Shown piece by piece: positions 10,363 through 19,351 of a stretch of DNA of 64,000 bases. The notes below the pieces were generated by a model. The model searched no databases and had not been told where the DNA came from. It worked only from the letters and a program-made list of their open reading frames with translations. The DNA is from Acidimicrobiaceae bacterium (GTDB lineage Bacteria; Actinomycetota; Acidimicrobiia; Acidimicrobiales; RAAP-2): NCBI GenBank assembly GCA_027355725.1, contig DAIEHI010000167.1:7711-71710 (forward strand), written 5' to 3'. Position 1 is the first letter of the stretch, and each line of letters begins with the position of its first letter. A program made the translations under genes and the position numbers.

Positions 10363-10974
10363 TCAGTTCTCCTCTAGCGATACTTCAGCCGACACACTCG
10401 GCACGACTTCTCCAACGGGTACTTCTTTCGAAGATTCAGCAACTTTGGGCTTCGCCTTCTTCTCAGGACCCAGCACCATGATCATGTTTCGTCCGTCAAG
10501 CTTCGCGGCGGACTCCACCTTGGCAATGTCGGTCAACTTCTCGACGATTCGATCAAGAATCTTCTTGCCAAGTTCGGGGTGCGCAGACTCTCGACCTCTG
10601 AACATGATGGTGATCTTCACCTTGTGGCCCTCCATCAAGAACTTCTCTACGAGGCGCGTCTTGGTATCAAAGTCACCGGGTCCGATCTTGGGCCGGTACT
10701 TCATCTCCTTCACGCCTACGTTTTGAGTCTTGCGACGCGATTCCTTGGCCTTTTGAGCCTCGTCGAACTTGAACTTTCCATAGTCCATGATCCGACACAC
10801 CGGCGGTTGCGCGGTCGGTGCGATTTCAACGAGATCCAGATCAAGGCTTCGGGCCAACGCCAATGCTTCGCGAGTCGCGACGACGCCGCGCTGATTGCCT
10901 TCATTGTCAATCAGACGAACAGTATCCACACGAATGCGCTCATTGACGCGGTGGTCTCCAGGCACTGTTGCGAT
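10363..10974 (-). CDS. infC: Translation initiation factor IF-3 (probable ATC start)
   Basis: RVNERIR, PPVCRIMDYGKFKF, IMFRGRE; in-frame ATC at 10974 lies 6 nt after AAGGAG. Confidence 0.96.
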   Translation of the reverse strand: MATVPGDHRVNERIRVDTVRLIDNEGNQRGVVATREALALARSLDLDLVEIAPTAQPPVCRIMDYGKFKFDEAQKAKESRRKTQNVGVKEMKYRPKIGPGDFDTKTRLVEKFLMEGHKVKITIMFRGRESAHPELGKKILDRIVEKLTDIAKVESAAKLDGRNMIMVLGPEKKAKPKVAESSKEVPVGEVVPSVSAEVSLEEN

Positions 10975-10986
10975 AACTCACTCCTT

Positions 10987-11100
10987 GCTCTACGCGACGC
11001 CTCGATGACGTCGCCACGGCAAGCGAGGCGCAAACTCCTTAACCCGGCGCACTCGAGTGGCCAGGTGGAGGCTGGTACTACCAACCTCACTTGCTGTGAA
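10987..11100 (-). promoter_or_regulatory. Structured 5' leader of infC-rpmI-rplT (candidate L20 autoregulatory leader)
   Basis: Non-coding; hairpin GAGGTTGGT-agt-ACCAGCCTC plus further GC stems; TAACGT -10 just upstream. Confidence 0.4.
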
Positions 11101-11152
11101 CTGCCTTCCTACGTTAGCAGAAGCCCCGAAACCCACCACCACGATGCTGCTC

Positions 11153-11181
11153 GAGCTCCCGTTGCCCAGCAACGGGAGCTC
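11153..11181. repeat. Perfect 13-bp inverted repeat within a larger structured intergenic element
   Basis: GAGCTCCCGTTGC-CCA-GCAACGGGAGCTC. Confidence 0.85.
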
Positions 11182-11292
11182 AACTCAGGATGAAAGCATG
11201 CGTGAAAGGGCGCTGCGGCCACCAAGGGCCCTTGGGGCCGGCTCGCTTCGTTCTCGACGTCTGACGAGGGGTACACCAAGTAATTTGGAGCC

Positions 11293-11589
11293 ATGACTGA
11301 TGAAAACGACACGACGAACGAATCTGAGGAGATTGCCTACTTCCGCGACACCCCCGTGGAAACCGTCCTGGGCAATCACATCTTCGTCCTGCTCCAGGTT
11401 GCTGCCGTCCACCTTGCCCAGACCCCGCCGCGGCTCGAGAGCGCCCAACTCGTCATTGACACCTTGAGCGCCATGCTGAGTGCTGGTGGCGACCGACTGG
11501 GCGAGCACGTATCGCTCTATCGCAACGCGCTCGCTGAAGTCCAGCAGGTCTACGTGCGCGCGAGCACCACCACCCAAGAAAAGTCCTAG
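11293..11589 (+). CDS. DUF1844-like protein
   Basis: AAVHL...AQLVIDTLSAML...NALAEVQQVYV; divergent from infC as usual in actinomycetes; GGAG RBS. Confidence 0.7.
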   Translation: MTDENDTTNESEEIAYFRDTPVETVLGNHIFVLLQVAAVHLAQTPPRLESAQLVIDTLSAMLSAGGDRLGEHVSLYRNALAEVQQVYVRASTTTQEKS

Positions 11590-12935
11590 TTCGTCCTCGG
11601 CAAGCGGAATGTGAGGCGTAGCCCCCCGAGGGGACTCTTTGAGGTGACCATGGAACCGCCAAGCACCTCACTCAGGTCCGCCATGATGCTCATCCCCAAA
11701 CCCGATCCGCCAGACGTGCGCGCTCGCGAGGGGTCAAACCTCATGAAGCGCTGCGGCCTGAGGCCATACTGGGGAAGGCCGGGACCGCCATCTTCGATGA
11801 CGAGGACCGACTCGCCCCCCTGTCCGGACAGGCTGATACGAACGGGCGCGGTCTCGGGGGTGTGGCGAGCGATGTTGGCCAGTGCGTTGAGTACGATTCG
11901 TTCGGCGAAATCACGGCGCCCCTTGATGAGGACGTCACCTTGCACGTACTCTTCGATGCTGCGCTGAGGAGCGTCTTCTTTGAAGTCGTGCACACTCGAG
12001 CACACGATGTCACTGAGATTCACGGTATCGAGGATGTTCTGGGGGAGCTCGCGGATCTCGGCCAGTAGCAAAAGGTCGCTCACGAGCGACTCCATGCGCG
12101 CAATCTCTCGGCGCATCCTCTCAAGGGACCTCGCTCGTTGTTCGGGCCCCAGCTCCTGGGAGCTCATGAGTTCGGTGTAGCCCTTGATCACGGTCAATGG
12201 CGTGCGAAGCTCGTGCGACGCGTCGCCAATGAAACCCTGCATCGTCTCGGCGTGCCTCGCTTCCACTTCAATCTTCTCGCGAAGTGACAGCACCATCGTC
12301 GCGAGCGCGCCCTGCAGCTCTCGCACGTCACGACTCCCCCGGCTTTCGGGTATCTCCTCATAAGAGTCGCCGCCGGCCACGTCCGAGGCGTACTCAATAA
12401 GGTCCTCCATCGTCACCAGATCTCGTCGCATGAACAGCCGCGCAACCATCACCATCGCGAGCGCCGCTATCAACGCGGCGAGCACCACACGCAGTATCAA
12501 TTGGCGACCCGCATCAACGATGCTCTTGGTCGACGCCTCGATGACCAAGTAGTCACCACCTCCAATGTTTACCGATCGGATTCGAAACCCTGCGAGATTC
12601 GAAACCTCAACCACTCTCGACAGCGAGGCGTGCACGTTGGCCAACGTGGGAGCGGACTTGGGAGCGATGAGACCCTCATTGATCCGAGTGTTAGGTCCTG
12701 AGGGGTAGACCACATCCAACGTGAAGTCATACGCGCCGCTCTGCACCGCGTTATACACCGAACTCAACGTCGAGTTGGGGTTGCCCTTGCCAGACTGTGC
12801 CACCGCATCGATTGAACTGTCCAGCCTCTGGTACGCCGCGTCGGTACTGGTCTTGACTGCGTACCAGCCGACTCCGAGCGACACCACCATGGTGATGACT
12901 ATGAGCAAGATCGTCAGCCGGGTGGCCAGCTTCAC
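11586..12935 (-). CDS. Sensor histidine kinase (2 TM, HAMP)
   Basis: DASHELRTPLT H-box, EDGGPG, GGSGLG. Confidence 0.93.
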   Translation of the reverse strand: MKLATRLTILLIVITMVVSLGVGWYAVKTSTDAAYQRLDSSIDAVAQSGKGNPNSTLSSVYNAVQSGAYDFTLDVVYPSGPNTRINEGLIAPKSAPTLANVHASLSRVVEVSNLAGFRIRSVNIGGGDYLVIEASTKSIVDAGRQLILRVVLAALIAALAMVMVARLFMRRDLVTMEDLIEYASDVAGGDSYEEIPESRGSRDVRELQGALATMVLSLREKIEVEARHAETMQGFIGDASHELRTPLTVIKGYTELMSSQELGPEQRARSLERMRREIARMESLVSDLLLLAEIRELPQNILDTVNLSDIVCSSVHDFKEDAPQRSIEEYVQGDVLIKGRRDFAERIVLNALANIARHTPETAPVRISLSGQGGESVLVIEDGGPGLPQYGLRPQRFMRFDPSRARTSGGSGLGMSIMADLSEVLGGSMVTSKSPLGGLRLTFRLPRTN

Positions 12936-13621
12936 TCGGTGGTGCCTTCATCAACCAGTTTGAACCCGACGCCGCGTACCGTGCTGAGCGGTGCGAAGTC
13001 GTCACGGTGGATCTTTCTGCGCAGGTATGAAACGTAGGTGTCGAGCACCGAGGTCTCGGAGTCGAAGTCGATGTTCCAGACCTCACGCAGGAGTTGCTCG
13101 CGGGTGACCAAGCGATCCTTGCGATCCATCAGGACTTCGAGCAATCGGAATTCAGTTGCCGAGAGTTCAATGAGTTCGTCGCCCAAATGGACCTCGTGGC
13201 GATCAATGTTCATCCTGAGACGCCCGCATTCAAAGATCACGTCACCTTGAACGTCCTGATTGACTCGTCGAAGTATCGCGCGCACCCTGAGCAGGAGTTC
13301 TTCGAGACTGAACGGCTTTCGCACATAGTCATCTGCGCCGTAACGAAGACCTTGTGCCACGTCTTCAGAGGAGTCTCGAGCTGACAGCAGCAGCACCGGA
13401 GTTGTCGTATCGTGTTCGCGCAACTTCGCGAGAAACTCAAATCCATTCATATTGGGCATATTGACATCAACAATGCAGAGATCGGCTCGTTGGCGGCGAA
13501 GAACCTCGAAGGCCTCGTTGCCGTTTGATGCCGTCTCGGTTTCGAAACCAGCGATTCTTAGGGCGTCGCTCAAGAGGTCACAGACCCCGGGCTCGTCGTC
13601 GACTACCAGTACTGTTGTCAT
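12932..13621 (-). CDS. OmpR/PhoB-family response regulator
   Basis: VLVVDDE, VDVNMP, GADDYVRKPF, LSATEFRLL, TVRGVGF; start trimmed to ATG 13621. Confidence 0.95.
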   Translation of the reverse strand: MTTVLVVDDEPGVCDLLSDALRIAGFETETASNGNEAFEVLRRQRADLCIVDVNMPNMNGFEFLAKLREHDTTTPVLLLSARDSSEDVAQGLRYGADDYVRKPFSLEELLLRVRAILRRVNQDVQGDVIFECGRLRMNIDRHEVHLGDELIELSATEFRLLEVLMDRKDRLVTREQLLREVWNIDFDSETSVLDTYVSYLRRKIHRDDFAPLSTVRGVGFKLVDEGTTE

Positions 13622-13693
13622 AGCGGATTCACCATGGTGCGAGCGTACCCGCGCCACTCTGTCAGTGTTTGACACACGCGTAATTCTGGGCGT

Positions 13694-13733
13694 TCACAGC
13701 GAACCTTGGCGCACAACACAGGTATTTCACAGC
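13694..13733 (+). promoter_or_regulatory. Direct repeats (TCACAGC / ACACAGG-N4-TCACAGC), putative response-regulator site
   Basis: Heptamers at 13694, 13716 and 13727 in 11-bp register between the regulator and the divergent gene. Confidence 0.6.
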
Positions 13734-13774
13734 CTCTCTGTGTACGCTGGATGTTGTCCATGGAAGGGGTTGGT

Positions 13775-14227
13775 ATGAGCAGGCTCGCGTCGCGAAGCGT
13801 CGGCGGGCTCGGCCTCGTCATCGCGCTCGTAGCGCTCGCGCCCGGTTCGGCCTTCGCGTCCGATCATCGACCGACGAATTCAAGTCGTGACGCGACGACC
13901 ACGACCATGGTCGTGAACGCGCCGAGTGAGGGAAGTTCGACGAGTGACTCCTCGACGCCAACCAACGATCGAAAGACGTGGCGCGAGGAGATGTCGACCT
14001 ATCACGCAGCGCGCGTCGCAATCAACCAAGCCTTCAAGAGCGCCGTGACGTCAGCCCAGGCCATCTATCAGTCCGCGCGCGCGCAAGCCTCTAGCGTGGC
14101 GGCCCTCAGTACCGCGCACGCAGCCTACGTTCTCGCATTGACCCAGGCGGTTGCAGCGCGAGATTCCGCTTTGGTCAACTTGGGCCGCCCACCTTCGAAC
14201 ATGCACGCGCGCGCTTCCAAGCGCTGA
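13775..14227 (+). CDS. Secreted hypothetical protein (signal peptide, S/T-rich linker, Ala-rich helices)
   Basis: GGAAGGGG RBS; signal peptide ending AFA; helical C-terminus. Confidence 0.65.
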   Translation: MSRLASRSVGGLGLVIALVALAPGSAFASDHRPTNSSRDATTTTMVVNAPSEGSSTSDSSTPTNDRKTWREEMSTYHAARVAINQAFKSAVTSAQAIYQSARAQASSVAALSTAHAAYVLALTQAVAARDSALVNLGRPPSNMHARASKR

Positions 14228-14233
14228 GCTTCG

Positions 14234-14443
14234 TTAGGGATTCAGCGACTCAACGTCGTAGAGTTCGTCGCGTCCTAGATGACCAGCGCGACGAACCCCC
14301 TTGGCACGCGCACCCACGGTGATCGTGCGAGATCCATCAGCAATGACCACGCAGTGGAAATAGAGTTCCCCGCCACTGTCGGTTCGAAAGAGGCCGTCGC
14401 CGCGGGCCTCATCAAATGAGGCGATGTGCCCAAAGGTGTTCAA
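14234..14443 (-). CDS. Small cold-shock-domain-like protein
   Basis: G.IASFDEARGDG...ELYFHCVVIADGSR, resembling RNP1/RNP2; overlaps ribH stop. Confidence 0.6.
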   Translation of the reverse strand: MNTFGHIASFDEARGDGLFRTDSGGELYFHCVVIADGSRTITVGARAKGVRRAGHLGRDELYDVESLNP

Positions 14444-14979
14444 CGCGCGAGCGATCCCTGTCGGAGCAGTGACACCATCTCAATCGCGGTGAGCGCTGAC
14501 TCTCGACCCTTGTTCGTGTCGTCTGGCAAGGACCGTTCGAGGGCCTGCTCAACGGTGTTGGTCGTCAACACCCCAAAGACCACCGGAACTCCAGTGCGCA
14601 ACTGCACGTCCTGCACGCCGCGAGCACACTCCCCTGCCACGACCTCGTAGTGGCCCGTGTCTCCTCGAATGACGGCGCCTAGCGTGATGACTGCATCGAC
14701 AGCCCGCGGGCCGGTGGCGAATGCTTGAGCCAAAAGTGGGATCTCAAACGCTCCGGGCACCCAAGCGAGTGTTATGTCACTACGGTCAACCCCCGAGTGC
14801 TCGAGTGCCTGAAGCGCGCCTTCGAGCAGACGTGCGGTTATACCTCCATTGAAGCGACCGCACGCGACACCAATCCGCAAACCCCGACCACTGGCGTTTC
14901 CCTCGAGCTGCTCTCCCACACGAGTACGCAACGACTCAACGATGCTCGGATCGAACTCTGTTTCATTCGTCGACGTCAT
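14440..14979 (-). CDS. ribH: 6,7-dimethyl-8-ribityllumazine synthase
   Basis: RFN, VPGAFEIP, GAVIRGDTGHY, NKGRE; ATG 14979 with GGAGG. Confidence 0.95.
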   Translation of the reverse strand: MTSTNETEFDPSIVESLRTRVGEQLEGNASGRGLRIGVACGRFNGGITARLLEGALQALEHSGVDRSDITLAWVPGAFEIPLLAQAFATGPRAVDAVITLGAVIRGDTGHYEVVAGECARGVQDVQLRTGVPVVFGVLTTNTVEQALERSLPDDTNKGRESALTAIEMVSLLRQGSLAR

Positions 14980-16186
14980 CGAGTCCCTCCAAAATATGTC
15001 CCATGCGCTCGCGCTTTGTTCGCAAGTACTCGATATTGAATTCCGTAGGAAGACTCTCGAGCGCGACCCGTTCAACGATGTTGAGGCCGAATCCCTCGAG
15101 GCCACCATACTTCGAAGGATTATTGGTCATGAGGCGCATGTTTGTAACGCCCAAGTCCACGAGGATCTGCGCCCCGATGCCGTACTCGCGTGAATCAACC
15201 GGTAGGCCCAGTTCGAGGTTCGCATCCACTGTGTCGTGGCCGTTCTCTTGAAGGGCGTAAGCACGGATTTTGTGGCCCAGACCTATGCCGCGACCTTCGT
15301 GACCGCGTAGATACACGACCACGCCCGCGCCTTCCGCGGCAATCTTGGCAAGTGCGGTGTGTAACTGGGGTCCGCAGTCGCAGCGCAGCGACCCTAACGC
15401 GTCGCCCGTCAAACACTCCGAATGCACCCGCACGAGCACGTCCTTGGCCTGGCTGATATCCCCATAGACGAGGGCCATGTGCTGTTCGCCGTCCAGCACA
15501 TTTTCAAAGACCAATGCTTGGAAGTTGCCGAATTCGGTTGGCAGTGACGCCTCGGCGATTCGCCGCACCAACTTCTCGTGGTGTCGACGGTAGCGAATCA
15601 AGTCCGCGATTGTCACGATGGGCAGCGAGTGCTTGGCAGCGAACGCTTCAAGCTCGGGTAGCCGAGCCATATCGGACTTGTCAGCGGTGACGATCTCACA
15701 AAGGACGCCAGAAGGATATTTTCCAGCGAGTCGACACAGGTCTACGGTTGCTTCGGTGTGTCCAGCTCGCTTCAACACACCGCCCGGGCGATATCGCAAG
15801 GGAAAGATGTGACCAGGTCGATTGAGGTCGCTCGCACGGGTGGCGGGGTCGATCAATGCGCGTACCGTGGCCGCGCGGTCGCTCGCCGAGATACCCGTTG
15901 TCGTGCCGTGTCGATAGTCGACGGTGACCGTAAAGGCAGTGCGCTGCGCTTCGGTATTAGCCACCACCATGAGCGGTAGGTCGAGCTCGTCGGCGCGCTG
16001 GGACTCGAGGGGCACACAAAAGACGCCGGATGTGTACTCGAGGAAGAACGCCATACTCTCGGCGGTCACATCCTCGGCGGCCATGATCAAGTCGCCCTCG
16101 TTCTCACGATCCTCGTCATCGACAACAACGACCATCCCGCCCTTACGCAGTTGATCGAGTGCTTCTTCAATTGTTGACAGCGTCAT
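14963..16186 (-). CDS. ribBA: Bifunctional DHBP synthase / GTP cyclohydrolase II
   Basis: DDEDRENEGD, RAGHTEA, RVHSECLTGD, CDCG, EGRGIG. Confidence 0.97.
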   Translation of the reverse strand: MTLSTIEEALDQLRKGGMVVVVDDEDRENEGDLIMAAEDVTAESMAFFLEYTSGVFCVPLESQRADELDLPLMVVANTEAQRTAFTVTVDYRHGTTTGISASDRAATVRALIDPATRASDLNRPGHIFPLRYRPGGVLKRAGHTEATVDLCRLAGKYPSGVLCEIVTADKSDMARLPELEAFAAKHSLPIVTIADLIRYRRHHEKLVRRIAEASLPTEFGNFQALVFENVLDGEQHMALVYGDISQAKDVLVRVHSECLTGDALGSLRCDCGPQLHTALAKIAAEGAGVVVYLRGHEGRGIGLGHKIRAYALQENGHDTVDANLELGLPVDSREYGIGAQILVDLGVTNMRLMTNNPSKYGGLEGFGLNIVERVALESLPTEFNIEYLRTKRERMGHILEGLDDVDE

Positions 16187-17175
16187 CAGACCTCCACGTC
16201 CACCCTTACATCTTCGCCGATTCTCTTCACATCCACCACTCGACCTCGACGAAGCTCACCAATCGATGCCGTAGAGAGGTCCTTGAGCGCCCCAGACGTT
16301 GCCCACGAACCAGCGAATGCGGGCGCTTGATACCACACGACGTGATTCACGAGACCGTGTTCCAAGAACGCGCTGGCGGTAGTTGGGCCACCTTCGACGA
16401 GAACCTGAAGTACGTCGAGTTGTGCTAACTCATCCAAGATCACACCGAGGTCACCACTCCTCTCCAGGCACGGTCTCACTTTCGCGTGTTCGGGTGCACT
16501 GCCAAGGACCACACGAAGTGGCTCGAGGATTATGTCATCGAGTCGCGCGGTGAGTGCGGGGTCGTCCCTTCGAACGGTGCCGGCACCAACGACAATGGCC
16601 TGACTCGAGGCGCGCAGGACATGAGCGTCACGACGGGCCTCTTCTCCCGTAATCCACTGACTCGAGCCATCGGCCATCGCAACGATGCCATCGAGGGTCG
16701 AGGCGATCTTCAAGATGACGTACGGTCTGCCCGTTACGCGATGCCAGAGATAGGGCGCCAGTTGCGCTCGCACCGCTGCTTCTTGCACGCCAACCTCAAC
16801 GTCGACCCCCGATGCCTTGAGCGACATCACTCCCCTGCCCGAGACGCGCGCGTCGGGATCAAGGGTTCCAACGACGACTCGACGGATGCCAGCCTCCACG
16901 ATCGCATCCACGCATGGACCCGTTCGTCCAACGTGACAACACGGCTCAAGCGTCACCACCATCGTGGCGCCCCGCGCGCGTTCGCCGGCACGACGAAGCG
17001 CCTCTATTTCAGCGTGGGATTCGCCCGGCGCCTGAGTGTGCCCTTCGCCCACGACCACGCCGTCGTCATTGACAATCACCGCGCCCACCCACGGGTTGGG
17101 CGGTGCGTGAAGTCGTGCCTTCTGCGCGGCGCCGATGGCGAGCTCCATGAGCTCAGAGGGACCCGGCCTGGTCAC
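16186..17175 (-). CDS. ribD: Riboflavin biosynthesis deaminase/reductase
   Basis: PNPWVG, HAE, TLEPCCH.GRTGPC, SQWITG, VEGG. Confidence 0.95.
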   Translation of the reverse strand: MTRPGPSELMELAIGAAQKARLHAPPNPWVGAVIVNDDGVVVGEGHTQAPGESHAEIEALRRAGERARGATMVVTLEPCCHVGRTGPCVDAIVEAGIRRVVVGTLDPDARVSGRGVMSLKASGVDVEVGVQEAAVRAQLAPYLWHRVTGRPYVILKIASTLDGIVAMADGSSQWITGEEARRDAHVLRASSQAIVVGAGTVRRDDPALTARLDDIILEPLRVVLGSAPEHAKVRPCLERSGDLGVILDELAQLDVLQVLVEGGPTTASAFLEHGLVNHVVWYQAPAFAGSWATSGALKDLSTASIGELRRGRVVDVKRIGEDVRVDVEV

Positions 17176-17858
17176 AATTCGCTTCGCGCAGCCTCACGAA
17201 GTGCGCGTGCGGCCTCCAGGGGGGCGGGGCGAGAAAAGATCGCCGATCCCGCAACCAAGACGTTCGCGCCTGCGTGCACCGCGAGTGGCGCGGTTCGAGT
17301 ATCAATGCCGCCGTCGACCTCGATGTCAACCAACAAACGATTGTGGTCGACCTCACGGCGCGCCTCTGAGACCTTATTCATCACGTCGCCCATGAACGAC
17401 TGACCCCCGAACCCGGGGAACACCGTCATTAGCAACAACAAATCAATCTCGCCAAGATACGGTGCGACTGCCTCAAAGGGCGTATCTGGGTTAGCAGCCA
17501 ATCCGACGCGCAGCCCCAGCGCCCTCGCGTCACGTATCAGCGTGGCGGTGTCGCCGACCTCTACGTGCACCGTGCAGCCATCAGCTCCGGCTTCTTTGAA
17601 CGCTTGGAGGTAACGCCCAGGCTGGCTCATCATCAAGTGACAATCGAAGAATCGCCCACTATAGGGACGCAACGACTGCACGACCGGCGGCCCGATGGAC
17701 ACGTTGGGTACGAAATGCCCATCCATCACGTCAACATGGAGCCAATCAGTCTCAACGTCGATCTCATGCACCGCGCTCGCCAAGGCGCCGAAATCAGCGG
17801 CCAGTATCGACGGCGCTATCCGCAACGCGCCAGTCGGGCCCGCATCAATCAGAGTCAC
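17172..17858 (-). CDS. rpe: Ribulose-phosphate 3-epimerase
   Basis: IAPSILAADF, HVDVMDGHFVPN, PGFGGQ, VDGGI. Confidence 0.96.
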   Translation of the reverse strand: MTLIDAGPTGALRIAPSILAADFGALASAVHEIDVETDWLHVDVMDGHFVPNVSIGPPVVQSLRPYSGRFFDCHLMMSQPGRYLQAFKEAGADGCTVHVEVGDTATLIRDARALGLRVGLAANPDTPFEAVAPYLGEIDLLLLMTVFPGFGGQSFMGDVMNKVSEARREVDHNRLLVDIEVDGGIDTRTAPLAVHAGANVLVAGSAIFSRPAPLEAARALREAARSEL

Positions 17859-17887
17859 AATCGCAGCCTAGGGCCTCGCCACGCCGA

Positions 17888-18760
17888 TCAGGCCCACTCC
17901 GCGTGCTGCGCGTCCAGGCGTGCGCCAGACCACCAGTCCCTCGCGTTCATCGGACGAGATCCCTCGGGCTGCACCGAGTCAAGCATCAAGGCCCCGTCGC
18001 CGCACACGAGTGCCACTCCAAACGACGTCGCCGCAATGCAACCTGCGGCACCAGCCGCAGGCGACACGTGTCCCGAAAGGATCTTCGTTCGCCTGCCGTT
18101 GATTAACGTGAACGCCCGCCCCAGGCGCACGGTGCGCTCAAGGTGCACCACGCTCATCGTCGGCAGCAAGTGAAAAGTCTCGCCAGTGAGCTTCTCTGCG
18201 TACGTCGGCTCTCCCGATTGGGCGACGGGGTGTTCGAGCAAGTCTTCACTCGCGAGCACCTCTACGAGCAATGCCGCACCCATAGTGGCGAGCTCATTGG
18301 TCAGAACCGTCGCATCCTTAGAATCCACGGCTGTGCGTGCCGTCGCGTGGACTGGGCCCGTGTCGAGGGTCGCTTCGAGTGACATGACGCTGACGCCGGT
18401 GATCTCATCTCCCGCAAGTATCGCCCGCTCAACCGGCGCAGCACCCCGCCACCGCGGTAGGAGCGAGAAGTGGACGTTCAGCATCGGCAACTTCTCGAGG
18501 ACCGACGAAGGGATCATTGCGCCATAGGCGACAACGATGCCACGATCAGCCTCAATGTGTTCAAGGTCGCTCACCTTGTGACCCACCGTCAGCCCGAGCT
18601 CCAGAGCCGCACTCTTCACGGGACTCGACGTGACTTTGGCGCCGCGCCCGCGTCGCCGGTCCGGACGGGTGATCACCAACGCAATATCGTGCCCGGCTTC
18701 AACGAGCGCGCGCAACGACGGCACTGCGGCCTCGGGTGTGCCAAGAAATACCAGGCGCAT
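17888..18760 (-). CDS. fmt: Methionyl-tRNA formyltransferase
   Basis: FLGTPE, NVHFSLLPRWRGAAP, LDTG. Confidence 0.95.
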   Translation of the reverse strand: MRLVFLGTPEAAVPSLRALVEAGHDIALVITRPDRRRGRGAKVTSSPVKSAALELGLTVGHKVSDLEHIEADRGIVVAYGAMIPSSVLEKLPMLNVHFSLLPRWRGAAPVERAILAGDEITGVSVMSLEATLDTGPVHATARTAVDSKDATVLTNELATMGAALLVEVLASEDLLEHPVAQSGEPTYAEKLTGETFHLLPTMSVVHLERTVRLGRAFTLINGRRTKILSGHVSPAAGAAGCIAATSFGVALVCGDGALMLDSVQPEGSRPMNARDWWSGARLDAQHAEWA

Positions 18761-19294
18761 CTATTCGCCGAGCAGAAGATTCAAGCCATCGGGATCGGAG
18801 TCGGCGATCTGGATCCTGCGCTTTCGAAGCTCCTTCTTCGCCTCTTTGCGCTGATCCGCATCGAGGCGTTCGATCAGGAGGATCCCGTTGAGGTGGTCCA
18901 TCTCGTGTTGGAAGATGCGACCTTCGAACTCGTCGGTTTCGACATTGATCTCATTGCCATCGAGGTCATAGCCCCTCAGATGAATGGCGTTCGGTCGGGT
19001 AATCTCCCAACTCAGGCCGGGCACCGAGAGACAGCCTTCTTCGTACGTCCACTCACCTTCGGACTCGACGATCACAGGATTGACCACCACGATGGGGCCG
19101 TCACCCTTGTCATAGACAAAGAGGCGCTTTTGGACCCCGACCTGATTGGCCGCGAGGCCCACGCCAGGAGCTTCGTACATTGTCTCGATCATCGTGTCCG
19201 CCAGCGCCTTCACGCGGCCGTCAATGTCCTCGATCTCAGTGGTCACCACGTTGAGCACTGGGTCCCCATAGACGCGAATCGGCAGAGTAGTCAC
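18761..19294 (-). CDS. def: Peptide deformylase
   Basis: GVGLAANQ, EGCLS, QHEMDHLNG. Confidence 0.97.
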   Translation of the reverse strand: MTTLPIRVYGDPVLNVVTTEIEDIDGRVKALADTMIETMYEAPGVGLAANQVGVQKRLFVYDKGDGPIVVVNPVIVESEGEWTYEEGCLSVPGLSWEITRPNAIHLRGYDLDGNEINVETDEFEGRIFQHEMDHLNGILLIERLDADQRKEAKKELRKRRIQIADSDPDGLNLLLGE

Positions 19295-19351
19295 CCCTCC
19301 ACGATACCGGCACCGTGAGTGGTGGCATCGCGCGCGGCCGACAAAGTCTGG

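Noticed and set aside
11261-11310. Hammerhead ribozyme core (CTGACGA)
   Set aside because: No properly placed stem II plus GAAA; the downstream sequence is coding.
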